A stretch of DNA of 13,364 nucleotides, taken from positions 1 through 13,364 of the forward strand of contig JBGSRK010000111.1 in NCBI GenBank assembly GCA_041737595.1, in the 5' to 3' direction. Both the position numbers and the translations under genes were made by a program. The stretch is from Patescibacteria group bacterium. Lineage in GTDB: Bacteria; Patescibacteriota; CPR2; UBA1875. Within the stretch, counting starts at the first letter, position 1; the number at the start of each line of letters is the position of its first letter. Below the pieces are notes generated by a model. It saw only the letters and a list, made by a program, of their open reading frames with translations. It made no database searches and was not told the origin of the DNA. Positions 5,659-13,364 of the stretch are shown piece after piece.

Positions 5659-6969
5659 ATGGGGCTGCTGACGAGTGTCTTTGCCCGCAGTCCGGGGCCG
5701 AAAACTACCCCCGACAAGGTCCCGACTTCCTCGGCGACCGTCGCGTTCCGGGATCACGGCAGGGTTGGCAAGACCAACGTCAATGTCTACCGGAACTGGT
5801 CCGAGCGCTCGGAATGGGTTCGCACCGCCATCAACCTGCTGAAGCGAGAAGTCGCGACAGCCGAATGGGACATCGTTCCCTTCGATACCGACAAGAGCGC
5901 GAATCTCGCGATGGCCTCCGAAATCAAGGCCATCTTCGACCGTCCGAACGCGAAGAACGATTCGTTCCGCGGATTCCTTGAGCCGGTGCTCGAGGATGTC
6001 CTTGTGCTCGATGCTGGATGCATCGAGGAGGTGCGCAACCTGCGCGGAATGACCGCCGAGCTGTGGCCCGTCAATGGTGGCGAGATCAAGGTCGACGCCC
6101 TGTGGGATGGTTCGAACCCGGATGCGCCTCGCTATTACTGGTATCCGGACCACCAGGAGCGAGCCCGCTTTCGCAATGACGAGATGGTCTACATGATGGC
6201 CAACCCGGCGACCTACCGCGTGGTGGGGCTCTCGCCGCTGGAAGTCCTGAAGATGACCATCGACGCCGAGCTGTCCGGCTCGGAGTACAACCGCAAGCAG
6301 GTCATCTCGGCCGCCCCGGATGGCATTCTCCACCTCGGCGAGGAAGCTCGACCGGAACAGATCGAAACGTTCCGGAGCTACTGGCAGGCGGAGATTGCAG
6401 GCAAGGGAGCCATTGCCATCACGGGCGGAACGAAGAATCCGTCCTTCATCCCCTTCCGGTCGTCGAACCGCGAGATGCAGTTCCTCGAGTGGCAGATCTA
6501 CCTCGTCCGAAAAATTGCGGCAGTCTTCGGACTTACCCCGCAGGACCTCGGCGTGACGTACGACGTGAACCGAAGCACGTCGGAAGTCCAGCAGGAGCAG
6601 ACCGAAAACCGTGGCGTCCGACCGTTGATGTCCATGGTCCAGGACTACTTCACGAGGGAGATCGTCCAGGATCCCGCCTTTGGCGGCATCGAGAACAATC
6701 TCGCGTTCCGCTTCCTCAGCCTGAACATCAAGGAAAACACGGCCAAGGCGAACATCAACAAGGTCGCCCTGGCCAACGTTCCCTGGAAGACGGTGAACGA
6801 AGCGCGCATCGACGATGGGCGGGAGCCCCTTGGCCCGGAATACGACCAGCTGATGATGGTCACGCCCACGGGCGCGGTCATCCTCAGCGACGTTCCGACG
6901 GCCCGCGAGTGGTTGACTGCTCGCACGAAACCAGCCCCCCAGGCCCGTCCCGGTGGTTCGCAGCAGTAA
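5659..6969 (+). CDS. Phage portal protein (HK97 family)
   Basis: 436 aa; ELWPV, GLSPLE, PDGIL, EMQFLE...IAAVFG..PQDLG, TVNEAR...GREPL motifs; follows terL. Confidence 0.95.
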   Translation: MGLLTSVFARSPGPKTTPDKVPTSSATVAFRDHGRVGKTNVNVYRNWSERSEWVRTAINLLKREVATAEWDIVPFDTDKSANLAMASEIKAIFDRPNAKNDSFRGFLEPVLEDVLVLDAGCIEEVRNLRGMTAELWPVNGGEIKVDALWDGSNPDAPRYYWYPDHQERARFRNDEMVYMMANPATYRVVGLSPLEVLKMTIDAELSGSEYNRKQVISAAPDGILHLGEEARPEQIETFRSYWQAEIAGKGAIAITGGTKNPSFIPFRSSNREMQFLEWQIYLVRKIAAVFGLTPQDLGVTYDVNRSTSEVQQEQTENRGVRPLMSMVQDYFTREIVQDPAFGGIENNLAFRFLSLNIKENTAKANINKVALANVPWKTVNEARIDDGREPLGPEYDQLMMVTPTGAVILSDVPTAREWLTARTKPAPQARPGGSQQ

Positions 6970-7017
6970 CCCTGCGACGCGGAACCCCGGCGATTAGGAC
7001 ACCACTGAGGAGAATCC

Positions 7018-7506
7018 ATGGCCGCAAGTCTTTCCCTGCGCGTCTACACCGGCTCTGGCGCCGGTACGCAGTCGAGCGCCGTTACGGGTGTCGACTTCAT
7101 CTCCGCCGACAACGCGACGAACTCGCTTGCCAACCGGCAGTCGAACCCGATCACGGTTGGCACCGCTTCGTACGAGAAGTGGCTCAAGCTGTACGTCGAC
7201 ACCGCCCCGGCGAACGGTGTGGCGAACTTCAAGATCTGGGGCGATGGCGCGGTGCAGACCTCGACCACGCTCTACTTCACCGGGCAGTACGTCACCGGTG
7301 TGACCCCGACGGCCACCACGTCGACCGTCGCCAACGCGGCGTTCACGACGTACACCTCGGGCAACAAGGCCACCTGGGACACCGTGTCCTATTCGGCCAC
7401 CGGCGCGACGACAAAGTACGTCGTGTTCCAGCTCGCAGTCGATTCGACCTGTGGCCCGGGCAACTGGACGCAGGAAACCATCAACTACAGCTACGACGAG
7501 ACGTAG
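7018..7506 (+). CDS. Thr/Ser-rich beta protein, probable virion structural or decoration protein
   Basis: GAGGAG RBS, MAA start, about 45 of 162 residues Thr/Ser by hand count, beta-strand pattern, directly after portal, followed by a strong hairpin. Confidence 0.7.
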   Translation: MAASLSLRVYTGSGAGTQSSAVTGVDFISADNATNSLANRQSNPITVGTASYEKWLKLYVDTAPANGVANFKIWGDGAVQTSTTLYFTGQYVTGVTPTATTSTVANAAFTTYTSGNKATWDTVSYSATGATTKYVVFQLAVDSTCGPGNWTQETINYSYDET

Positions 7507-7516
7507 GATGTGAAGC

Positions 7517-7546
7517 GGGGGGCCGGTTAGATGTGCCCGGCCCCCC
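7517..7546 (+). terminator. Strong GC hairpin (mRNA stabiliser or leaky terminator, no U-tract)
   Basis: GGGGGGCCGG-10 nt-CCGGCCCCCC, 10 nt downstream of the 7018-7506 stop. Confidence 0.65.
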
Positions 7547-7563
7547 ATCACGCTGGAGAACGG

Positions 7564-8229
7564 ATGAGCCTTCTCGTGTTCTGCCCAACACGCGGGCGTC
7601 CAGCTGCGGCCGAAGCGGCCTGGGAATCATTCGTCGCCACGAAGCGGCGTGACGACACGTCCCTCATGTTCGTCGTCGATGACGACGACACGTCCGAATA
7701 CTCGGCATCGTTGCCCGTGGCTGTTCTGCCATCTGCCGGGTCCATGAACGGGGCACTGCAGCAAGCCGTAGAGCGAAACCCCGAGTACGACGTGTACGGG
7801 TTCATCGGCGATGACCACCGGTTTCGAACACCTGGCTGGGATGAGCGCATCGTGTCGCTTCTCGACGACCAGGGTGGCGGATTTGCCTACGGCAATGACA
7901 CCAATCGAAACGACATTCCGACGCAGGTGTTTGTCAGCTCGAGCATCGTGAAGGCCCTCGGATACTTCGGCCTTCGGGGCTGCCGACACCTGTATCTCGA
8001 TGATGCATGGCGCGTTCTCGGTGACGGAGCGGACTGCCTGTTCTACTTCCCGGATGTCGTCATCGAGCACATGCATCCCACCTCCAACAAGGGTACGTGG
8101 GATGCCAACTACGAACGAGTCAATTCGGCGGAGATGTACAGCCACGACCGTGCGGTGTTTGCAACGTGGCTCGAAACGGAAGCTGAGCGCGACATCCGCA
8201 TCGTGAGGGACGTTCTTGGGAAACCCTGA
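7564..8229 (+). CDS. GT-A fold (GT2-like) glycosyltransferase
   Basis: LLVFCPTRGRP, FVVDDDD, GFIGDDH...WD, HLYLDD, IEHMHP; GGAG RBS before ATG 7564. Confidence 0.85.
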   Translation: MSLLVFCPTRGRPAAAEAAWESFVATKRRDDTSLMFVVDDDDTSEYSASLPVAVLPSAGSMNGALQQAVERNPEYDVYGFIGDDHRFRTPGWDERIVSLLDDQGGGFAYGNDTNRNDIPTQVFVSSSIVKALGYFGLRGCRHLYLDDAWRVLGDGADCLFYFPDVVIEHMHPTSNKGTWDANYERVNSAEMYSHDRAVFATWLETEAERDIRIVRDVLGKP

Positions 8230-9001
8230 GCGCGTTACCCCGAACCACCGGCAGATTGCCAAGAGTTCGGGTATTCGCTATCCGAACAAAACTCCGTACA
8301 CCCACATCACGGCGACCATCGTTGCCTGGAACGAAGAGGTTCGGCTGCGGCCCCTGCTGCAGCTTCTACGTCCGGTGTTCGCGACCATCGTGGTCGGCGT
8401 TCAGCAGTCCAGCGACATGACCGAGGCCATCGCTCAGCAATACGCCGATGTTCTTGTTCTCGATTCCCATCGGGGATATGGCGATGCCACGTTCCCCGCC
8501 ATCATGGCCAACGTTCGCACCAAGTGGGCGTTCAAGGTCGATGCTGACGAGATCCCGGACGACAAGCTCCTGAAGTCCCTCTCGCATGCCACCTGGACGG
8601 CCGAGCAGATGGGCAGGTCGGGCATCTGGATTCCGTTCAAGTCCTGGGTCGATGGCATCGAATACGTCGAGCAGCACCATCATCTGCGCTTGTGGGAAGC
8701 CAGGTTCCCCTGGCCCGGAACGCAGCATTCCCGGCCCCCCATCGACGATGGCCATTCGATCATCTGGGACAGCGGCTGTATCCGCCACGAGCGGACGCTC
8801 AACGAGATGATCCAGGACTACCTGCGGTATTACGGCATCGGCAAGGACAATCCCGGCTGGGAAAAGCACAACCGGGAAATGATGTACCACGCCTGCAGTG
8901 GAACGGCCAATGTGCGTGGTTGGGACTACGTGTTCTCGTTCCCCTGGTGGCCCAGGGTCGAGGCAATCGCATTCACGGAGGACAAACCATGGCAACGTTG
9001 A
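8216..9001 (+). CDS. GT2-family glycosyltransferase
   Basis: ITATIVAWNEE, SSDMTEAIA, WAFKVDADE (DxD), later H motifs. Confidence 0.85.
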   Translation: MGNPERVTPNHRQIAKSSGIRYPNKTPYTHITATIVAWNEEVRLRPLLQLLRPVFATIVVGVQQSSDMTEAIAQQYADVLVLDSHRGYGDATFPAIMANVRTKWAFKVDADEIPDDKLLKSLSHATWTAEQMGRSGIWIPFKSWVDGIEYVEQHHHLRLWEARFPWPGTQHSRPPIDDGHSIIWDSGCIRHERTLNEMIQDYLRYYGIGKDNPGWEKHNREMMYHACSGTANVRGWDYVFSFPWWPRVEAIAFTEDKPWQR

Positions 9002-9297
9002 CCATCACCCCGGCGTCGGGTGCCATCACCGCGAAGGTGTCGGCTTGCCGCATCGACGTCACGGGCGCTGCGGACAATCGGACGCCGGACGACACGGGCG
9101 GCGCGTTCGCGTACTACCTGCTCATCGATTCCCCGGCTGGCACCGACGACGGCAAGAGCTACGCGTTCAACGTCAGCGCCGATGGCGCCCACACGTTCAA
9201 CAACTACGTCTTCCCGGCAGCTGGAAGCTATACCGTTCGTCTTCGCGATGCTTCCAACGATTCGGATGTGGCCACGCTTTCCGTCACTGTCGCCTGA
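8989..9297 (+). CDS. Small Ig/PKD-like beta-sandwich protein (102 aa), probably structural
   Basis: GGAGG RBS; MATLTITP...YVFPAAGSYTVRL...LSVTVA PKD/Ig-like C-terminal pattern; Ala/Thr/Ser/Asp-rich. Confidence 0.75.
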   Translation: MATLTITPASGAITAKVSACRIDVTGAADNRTPDDTGGAFAYYLLIDSPAGTDDGKSYAFNVSADGAHTFNNYVFPAAGSYTVRLRDASNDSDVATLSVTVA

Positions 9298-9302
9298 TTT
9301 CC

Positions 9303-9881
9303 ATGCGTCAGCGGTATAACCGCGACGGGCAGGTTGACTACACGAACGTCCGACGCCTCAACGAGACGTGGGTCGACCATGTGTTTCGGACCAACGTCAC
9401 GGCCGGGCTCATCGCCTCGCTCAAACCGACGAGCGCGATGGACCCGGCATGTGGCGATGGATCCATCCTGCTGGCCGCCGCCAAGCTGGTTCACATTCCG
9501 GCTTTGTTCTTTGGTGATGTCAGCGTCCCCAACATCGACGCCATTCCGCAAGTTCAGGGAATCGCGACAAACTGTGGTGACATCCTCGATTCGTTCGAAA
9601 CGTTCCCTCGCGTCAATGTCGTCGTTCTGACCGAGATTCTCGAGCATCTCCCTGACCCTGACCTCATCGTTCGTGAGGCTCGGGCCAAGGGGGATTTTCT
9701 TCTTGCCTCGTCCCCGGTGATTGAGGCCAATGAACGAGACGACAATCCGGAGCACCTGTGGGGATTTGATGAGGAGGGCTACGCAGAGCTTTTGAGCGCG
9801 AACGGGTGGCAGCCATTCGTTCGTAACCGATTGACGTTCCGGGACTTCCCGTACATCTTCCAGTTCTGGATCGCCCGATGA
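9303..9881 (+). CDS. Class I SAM-dependent methyltransferase (glycan/small-molecule type)
   Basis: MDPACGDG motif I; EILEHLPDP; NPEHLWGFD; no DPPY/NPPY DNA-MTase motif. Start reassigned to ATG 9303. Confidence 0.85.
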   Translation: MRQRYNRDGQVDYTNVRRLNETWVDHVFRTNVTAGLIASLKPTSAMDPACGDGSILLAAAKLVHIPALFFGDVSVPNIDAIPQVQGIATNCGDILDSFETFPRVNVVVLTEILEHLPDPDLIVREARAKGDFLLASSPVIEANERDDNPEHLWGFDEEGYAELLSANGWQPFVRNRLTFRDFPYIFQFWIAR

Positions 9882-10135
9882 AGCGCCTGACCGAGATGTC
9901 TCACGAACAGGTCATCGCCTACAACCTGCGGGATGGCGGAACGGCGGTTACGTTTTTCGCCGAAGCCCAGACGTATCGTGTCCAGCCGGGCAACATGGAG
10001 CCCGGGCATGTCTGGTGCTACGACTACGCTGACTATCTTCATTGGTATGAGCTTGGTGGGCACCGCATGGTCGAGACCCACCTGTTTTCCGGCCCCTTCC
10101 CGGAAATGGTGATGGGGCTCGGGGTGAGGGCCTAG
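9878..10135 (+). CDS. 85-aa protein resembling a methyltransferase lacking its SAM-binding core (possible pseudogene)
   Basis: EPGHVWCYDYADYLHWYELGGH aligns by eye with NPEHLWGFDEEGYAELLSANGW of the upstream MTase; ATGA coupling. Confidence 0.55.
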   Translation: MKRLTEMSHEQVIAYNLRDGGTAVTFFAEAQTYRVQPGNMEPGHVWCYDYADYLHWYELGGHRMVETHLFSGPFPEMVMGLGVRA

Positions 10136-10137
10136 AC

Positions 10138-11085
10138 GTGCGTGTTCTCGTCACGGGGGCTGCAGGCTTTTTGGGGCGCCACTTCGTCAAGCATCATGTG
10201 GCGATTGGCGACGAGGTCCTCGGCGTCGACGATCTCTCGAATCCGCATTCGTATTGGCCCAAGGTGCTCTCGGCTGACCAATGCGTCGAGGACGACGCCG
10301 GGAACTGGTTCGATACGGCCAAATCGCAATACGATCTGGCCTATCACTTCGCAGCTCCGGTCGGCGGCCGGGAAAAGATCGAGTGGGATCCGTTGTTCAA
10401 TGCCGATAGCCTGCGGCTGGACACGCAGTTCTTCCGCTGGGCTATTGGAAATGTGGCGGTGGCGGTCTACCCCAGCTCATCGGCCGTTTACGGGGTGACC
10501 TATCAGAGCGACCGCCCATCGGCGCTGCACGAGGAGATGTTCGACCCGGCGTCGATGATCTGGCCTGCTCCGGACGAGGTGTACGGACTCACGAAGATGG
10601 TCGGCGAGGTGCTGGCTTACAAGGCTGCCCGGTATGGCCTCTCAACGCTCTGCATTCGCCCGTTCTCCGGCTACGGCGAGGACCAGTCGCTCGAATACCC
10701 GGTTCCCTCCATCTGCCGCCGCGCCCACTTCCGCGAAGATCCGCTGCTCGTCTGGGGCAGCGGCAGGCAGAAGCGGGACTTCGTCCATGTCGATGATCTC
10801 GTGGGGGCCACGACCGCTCGGCTGGCCAAAGGCATCGACGGCTACCAGACCATGAACATCGGCAGCGGCAAGGCGACGGATTTCATCACGGTGGCCAGGA
10901 TTGCTGCCGAGATCCAGGGATATGCTCCACGCATCGTGACCGACATCAACAAGCCCGTCGGCGTCTCTGCCCGATGGGCCGACGTGACGAAGATGCACGA
11001 GTACTACAAACCAATCGTCACTCTAAAGACCGGGCTTGCCCGTGTGCTGGAGGGAATGAAGCATGCCAAAAATCGTCGAATCTGA
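10138..11085 (+). CDS. NAD-dependent NDP-sugar epimerase/dehydratase (extended SDR)
   Basis: VLVTGAAGFLG, SSSAVYG, YGLTK (YxxxK), RDFVHVDD, NIGSG. Confidence 0.95.
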   Translation: MRVLVTGAAGFLGRHFVKHHVAIGDEVLGVDDLSNPHSYWPKVLSADQCVEDDAGNWFDTAKSQYDLAYHFAAPVGGREKIEWDPLFNADSLRLDTQFFRWAIGNVAVAVYPSSSAVYGVTYQSDRPSALHEEMFDPASMIWPAPDEVYGLTKMVGEVLAYKAARYGLSTLCIRPFSGYGEDQSLEYPVPSICRRAHFREDPLLVWGSGRQKRDFVHVDDLVGATTARLAKGIDGYQTMNIGSGKATDFITVARIAAEIQGYAPRIVTDINKPVGVSARWADVTKMHEYYKPIVTLKTGLARVLEGMKHAKNRRI

Positions 11086-11887
11086 CTGGAGCCCCGGCAC
11101 GGCGCTGCGCGTTTACAGCGCTGATTCGCAGGGGGACTGCTTGGGGACCATCGCCATCCCGGTCCGGGATCACCTGAACGCCGCAACGGTGACCGCACTG
11201 CTCGGCACGGATTTTTCGTGGCTTCCGGTCGGAAGATCGGTGAACCGAAAAATCATCCAGGGCGGTATCCTGACGATGCAGCGCAATGAAGCTGTGCAGA
11301 GGATGGAAGGAGATTGGCTCCTTTTCATCGACGACGACATGGTCTGGCAGCCGGACGCAGTCCGCCGCCTCGTGGCCGTCCGAGATGAGTTCGACCTGGA
11401 CATGGTCGGCGCGCTCTGCTTCCGGCGCATTCCGCCGTATCAGCCGACGCTCTACATGCGCGAATCGCCGATGTCTGGTCCGTACAACTTCCTCGAGACG
11501 TGGGATTCGGATCTTGTCGAGGTCGATGGGACGGGCATGGCCTTCGTCCTCATCCATCGTCGAGTGTTCGAGCGTATTGCAGGAACGCCCATGCCGCCAC
11601 TCGATGATCGCGTCAAGCTCGGGCTGCCGGAGTTCTTCACCTGGCATGGGAAATTCGGCGAGGACCTGCGGTTCTGCCAGGACGCCAAGGCTGCCGGGAA
11701 CAAGATCTTCGTCGATACGAGAATCAAGATCGGCCATATCGGGGAAGTCGAAATCGACGAGAAGCATTACTTCGGGCAGATCGCAACCAGGGGCGCGGAT
11801 GTCGAGAGCGAGCGTCGCAAGATCAACGATGCGATGGGCTTGCCCACGATGACCGCGGCTGATGCGAAGGAGCGTCTGGGGTGGTAG
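11063..11887 (+). CDS. GT-A fold (GT2-like) glycosyltransferase
   Basis: IAIP, QRNEAV, WLLFIDDDM, GMAFVLIHRRVF, GEDLRFC, IGHIG. Confidence 0.9.
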   Translation: MPKIVESDWSPGTALRVYSADSQGDCLGTIAIPVRDHLNAATVTALLGTDFSWLPVGRSVNRKIIQGGILTMQRNEAVQRMEGDWLLFIDDDMVWQPDAVRRLVAVRDEFDLDMVGALCFRRIPPYQPTLYMRESPMSGPYNFLETWDSDLVEVDGTGMAFVLIHRRVFERIAGTPMPPLDDRVKLGLPEFFTWHGKFGEDLRFCQDAKAAGNKIFVDTRIKIGHIGEVEIDEKHYFGQIATRGADVESERRKINDAMGLPTMTAADAKERLGW

Positions 11888-12285
11888 AGGACCAGTACGG
11901 CGGCTGGAAAGGCTCGAACCCGTATTACCTCGTCATCGCAACGCAGGACGAGAACATCGGCATTGACCTCGATGAATCGGGCTGGATGACGACGTATGCC
12001 TTCGCCATGCGAATCCCCGGTCAGTGGATCCTCATCCACAAGGTGACGGGGCACCAGTCACTCATCGTCAAGGTGGAGGAGGGGGACCAGCCGTACTACA
12101 CGGCCCGCCACGTTGGCATCACTGGCGGTGGGGGAAGCAACGAGATCACTGCATACGGCATCGGGAAGAAGTGCCCAGACGGCCACGTAGAGCGATTGTG
12201 GGTGCTCCCGGGCGGAACGGTATGCGGAGGTGACGACGTGGACTCGCTCGGCCTCTTGATGGTAAAGCGCCTGGGCCCCAGGTAA
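11881..12285 (+). CDS. Hypothetical protein (134 aa)
   Basis: AGGAG RBS, overlap with the GT stop, good codon bias. Confidence 0.75.
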   Translation: MVEDQYGGWKGSNPYYLVIATQDENIGIDLDESGWMTTYAFAMRIPGQWILIHKVTGHQSLIVKVEEGDQPYYTARHVGITGGGGSNEITAYGIGKKCPDGHVERLWVLPGGTVCGGDDVDSLGLLMVKRLGPR

Positions 12286-12299
12286 CGGAGAGCGTCAGC

Positions 12300-13364
12300 A
12301 TGCGTACCGACCCGCACGAGCACAAGCACAGCCCGACGATGAAGCCTAGGCTTCATCGTCACAGTCTGGCAGAGGTCGATGCCGCCCTGGCCGAGTTGCG
12401 CGGTGAGTACGACGCTGCCATCGACGCGCTCGAGACCCGCGTCGCTGCGCTGGAGGAGCCGGAGCCAGAGCCGGAGCCAGAGCCGGAGCCGCCGACCCTC
12501 ACCCGCATCGTCGTTCCCAAGGGCGGAAAGGGCGTCACCGTCACCGACCACGGCCAGGTGATCGAGAACCTCGAGATCGTCGGCCCCGGAGCGGCCGCCT
12601 ATGACGGCAGCACGTTCGGCATCTGGTCCTCGGCCGCTCTCCGCGACGTGGTGATCCGCCACTGCGTCATCCGGGGCATGGGCCACTCGGGCATGTGGCT
12701 CGGCAACCTCTCCGACCTCGTCATCGAGGACTGCGTGATCGAGGACGTGGCCTACGCAGGGATCATGCTCCTCGGCGCGACGAGGGCCACCGTCCGCCGC
12801 TGCAAGGTGCTCGACGTGACGGCCACCGGACTGCCGGGCCCCGGCAATGCCTATGGCCTCTGCGCCAGCCATATCGGGTCGCAGGCCCGCTGCTCCGATG
12901 TCGTGTTCGAGGACAACCTCGTCGATGGCGTGCCGACGTGGCACGGCCTCGACACTCACGGCGGCCTCCGCATCACCTTCCGCCGCAACGTCGTTCGCCG
13001 ATCACCTCGAGCTGTGTTCATGACGAGCAATGACACAGGCGACAAGGCGACCGACTGCCTCATCGAAGGCAACCTGTTTGCCGACCCGATCCAGGTGTCC
13101 GGCGGCACGAACCCCGTGGCGATGACGGCCTACGCGACGGTCGATAACCGCTTCGTCGGCAACGTCATCGACCCGGCCTACGGCGCTCCGACCGTCTACG
13201 ACTACCAAGGCGCTAGCACTGGTCTCGTCCAGTCCGGCAACGTCAACGGGACGAAGCTGCCGACAACTCCTCCGCCTCCTCCGCCTCCTCCGCCTCCGCC
13301 GCCTGACGGCGCGACGATCCGCGTCACCTCCGTCCCCGCCCTCCTCGCGGCGCTGGCCGACGAC
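12300..13364 (+). CDS. Right-handed parallel beta-helix (pectin lyase-like) protein with coiled coil and Pro linkers; 3' truncated
   Basis: Not in the ORF track (no stop in window). GGAG RBS; MRTDPHEHKH...LETRVAALEE(EP)n, then repeats VVIRHCVIRG / LVIEDCVIED / VVFEDNLVDG / ITFRRNVVR / CLIEGNLF, P12 linker, then IRVTSVPALLAALAD, a typical start of a second beta-helix domain. Confidence 0.9.
   Translation, partial: MRTDPHEHKHSPTMKPRLHRHSLAEVDAALAELRGEYDAAIDALETRVAALEEPEPEPEPEPEPPTLTRIVVPKGGKGVTVTDHGQVIENLEIVGPGAAAYDGSTFGIWSSAALRDVVIRHCVIRGMGHSGMWLGNLSDLVIEDCVIEDVAYAGIMLLGATRATVRRCKVLDVTATGLPGPGNAYGLCASHIGSQARCSDVVFEDNLVDGVPTWHGLDTHGGLRITFRRNVVRRSPRAVFMTSNDTGDKATDCLIEGNLFADPIQVSGGTNPVAMTAYATVDNRFVGNVIDPAYGAPTVYDYQGASTGLVQSGNVNGTKLPTTPPPPPPPPPPPPDGATIRVTSVPALLAALADD
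12335..12360. repeat. Perfect 26-bp palindrome
   Basis: GACGATGAAGCCTAGGCTTCATCGTC equals its own reverse complement. Confidence 0.95.
12456..12491 (+). repeat. (GAGCCR)x6 encoding a (Glu-Pro)6 linker
   Basis: Direct reading of the sequence. Confidence 0.9.
13269..13304 (+). repeat. (CCT/CCG)x12 encoding a poly-Pro linker
   Basis: Direct reading of the sequence. Confidence 0.9.

Larger units (their letters stand above)
1..13364 (+). mobile_element. Tailed phage/prophage segment: DNA packaging module plus accessory genes
   Basis: terS-terL-portal in canonical order; dense co-oriented small ORFs with ATGA/GTGA overlaps; no recognisable host housekeeping genes. No integrase or att site seen, so free phage versus prophage cannot be decided. 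Confidence 0.95.

Noticed and set aside
3992-6333. Long minus-strand ORFs 3992-5371 and 5083-6333
   Set aside because: Antisense shadows of terL and portal, expected with high GC3; no motifs.
6489-7652. 387-aa alternative-frame ORF, and the 5' extensions of ORFs 8692-9297, 8898-9881 and 3923-5449
   Set aside because: Arg/Pro-rich off-frame read-through of real genes; better starts exist downstream.
9303-9881. DPACG motif suggesting an N6-adenine DNA methyltransferase
   Set aside because: No NPPY/DPPY catalytic motif; LEHL.DP indicates the glycan/small-molecule type.

Overview
GC-rich fragment of a tailed dsDNA phage or prophage (Caudoviricetes), with all convincing genes on the + strand. 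Left end: a sigma70-type promoter (137-165) precedes a ~205-nt structured non-coding segment containing a tRNA-like domain with no proper anticodon loop, then a small Lys/Arg-rich ORF, a Phd/YefM-like ORF and a run of small, translationally coupled hypothetical or membrane ORFs. Middle: a divergent QueD-like gene, a Cys-motif protein, a ParB/Srx-domain protein with an overlapping ORF, then terS, terL and an HK97-type portal. Where the protease and capsid genes would usually follow the portal, there is instead a >6 kb cassette. It interleaves small Thr/Ser-rich beta proteins with three GT-A/GT2-like glycosyltransferases, a SAM methyltransferase, a core-deleted methyltransferase-like ORF and an NDP-sugar epimerase, and ends in a Pro-linker beta-helix protein that runs off the window. 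The best candidates for novel biology are the tRNA-mimic ncRNA with its basic peptide and a self-contained virion glycosylation cassette. All calls come from motif recognition by eye; no searches were run.
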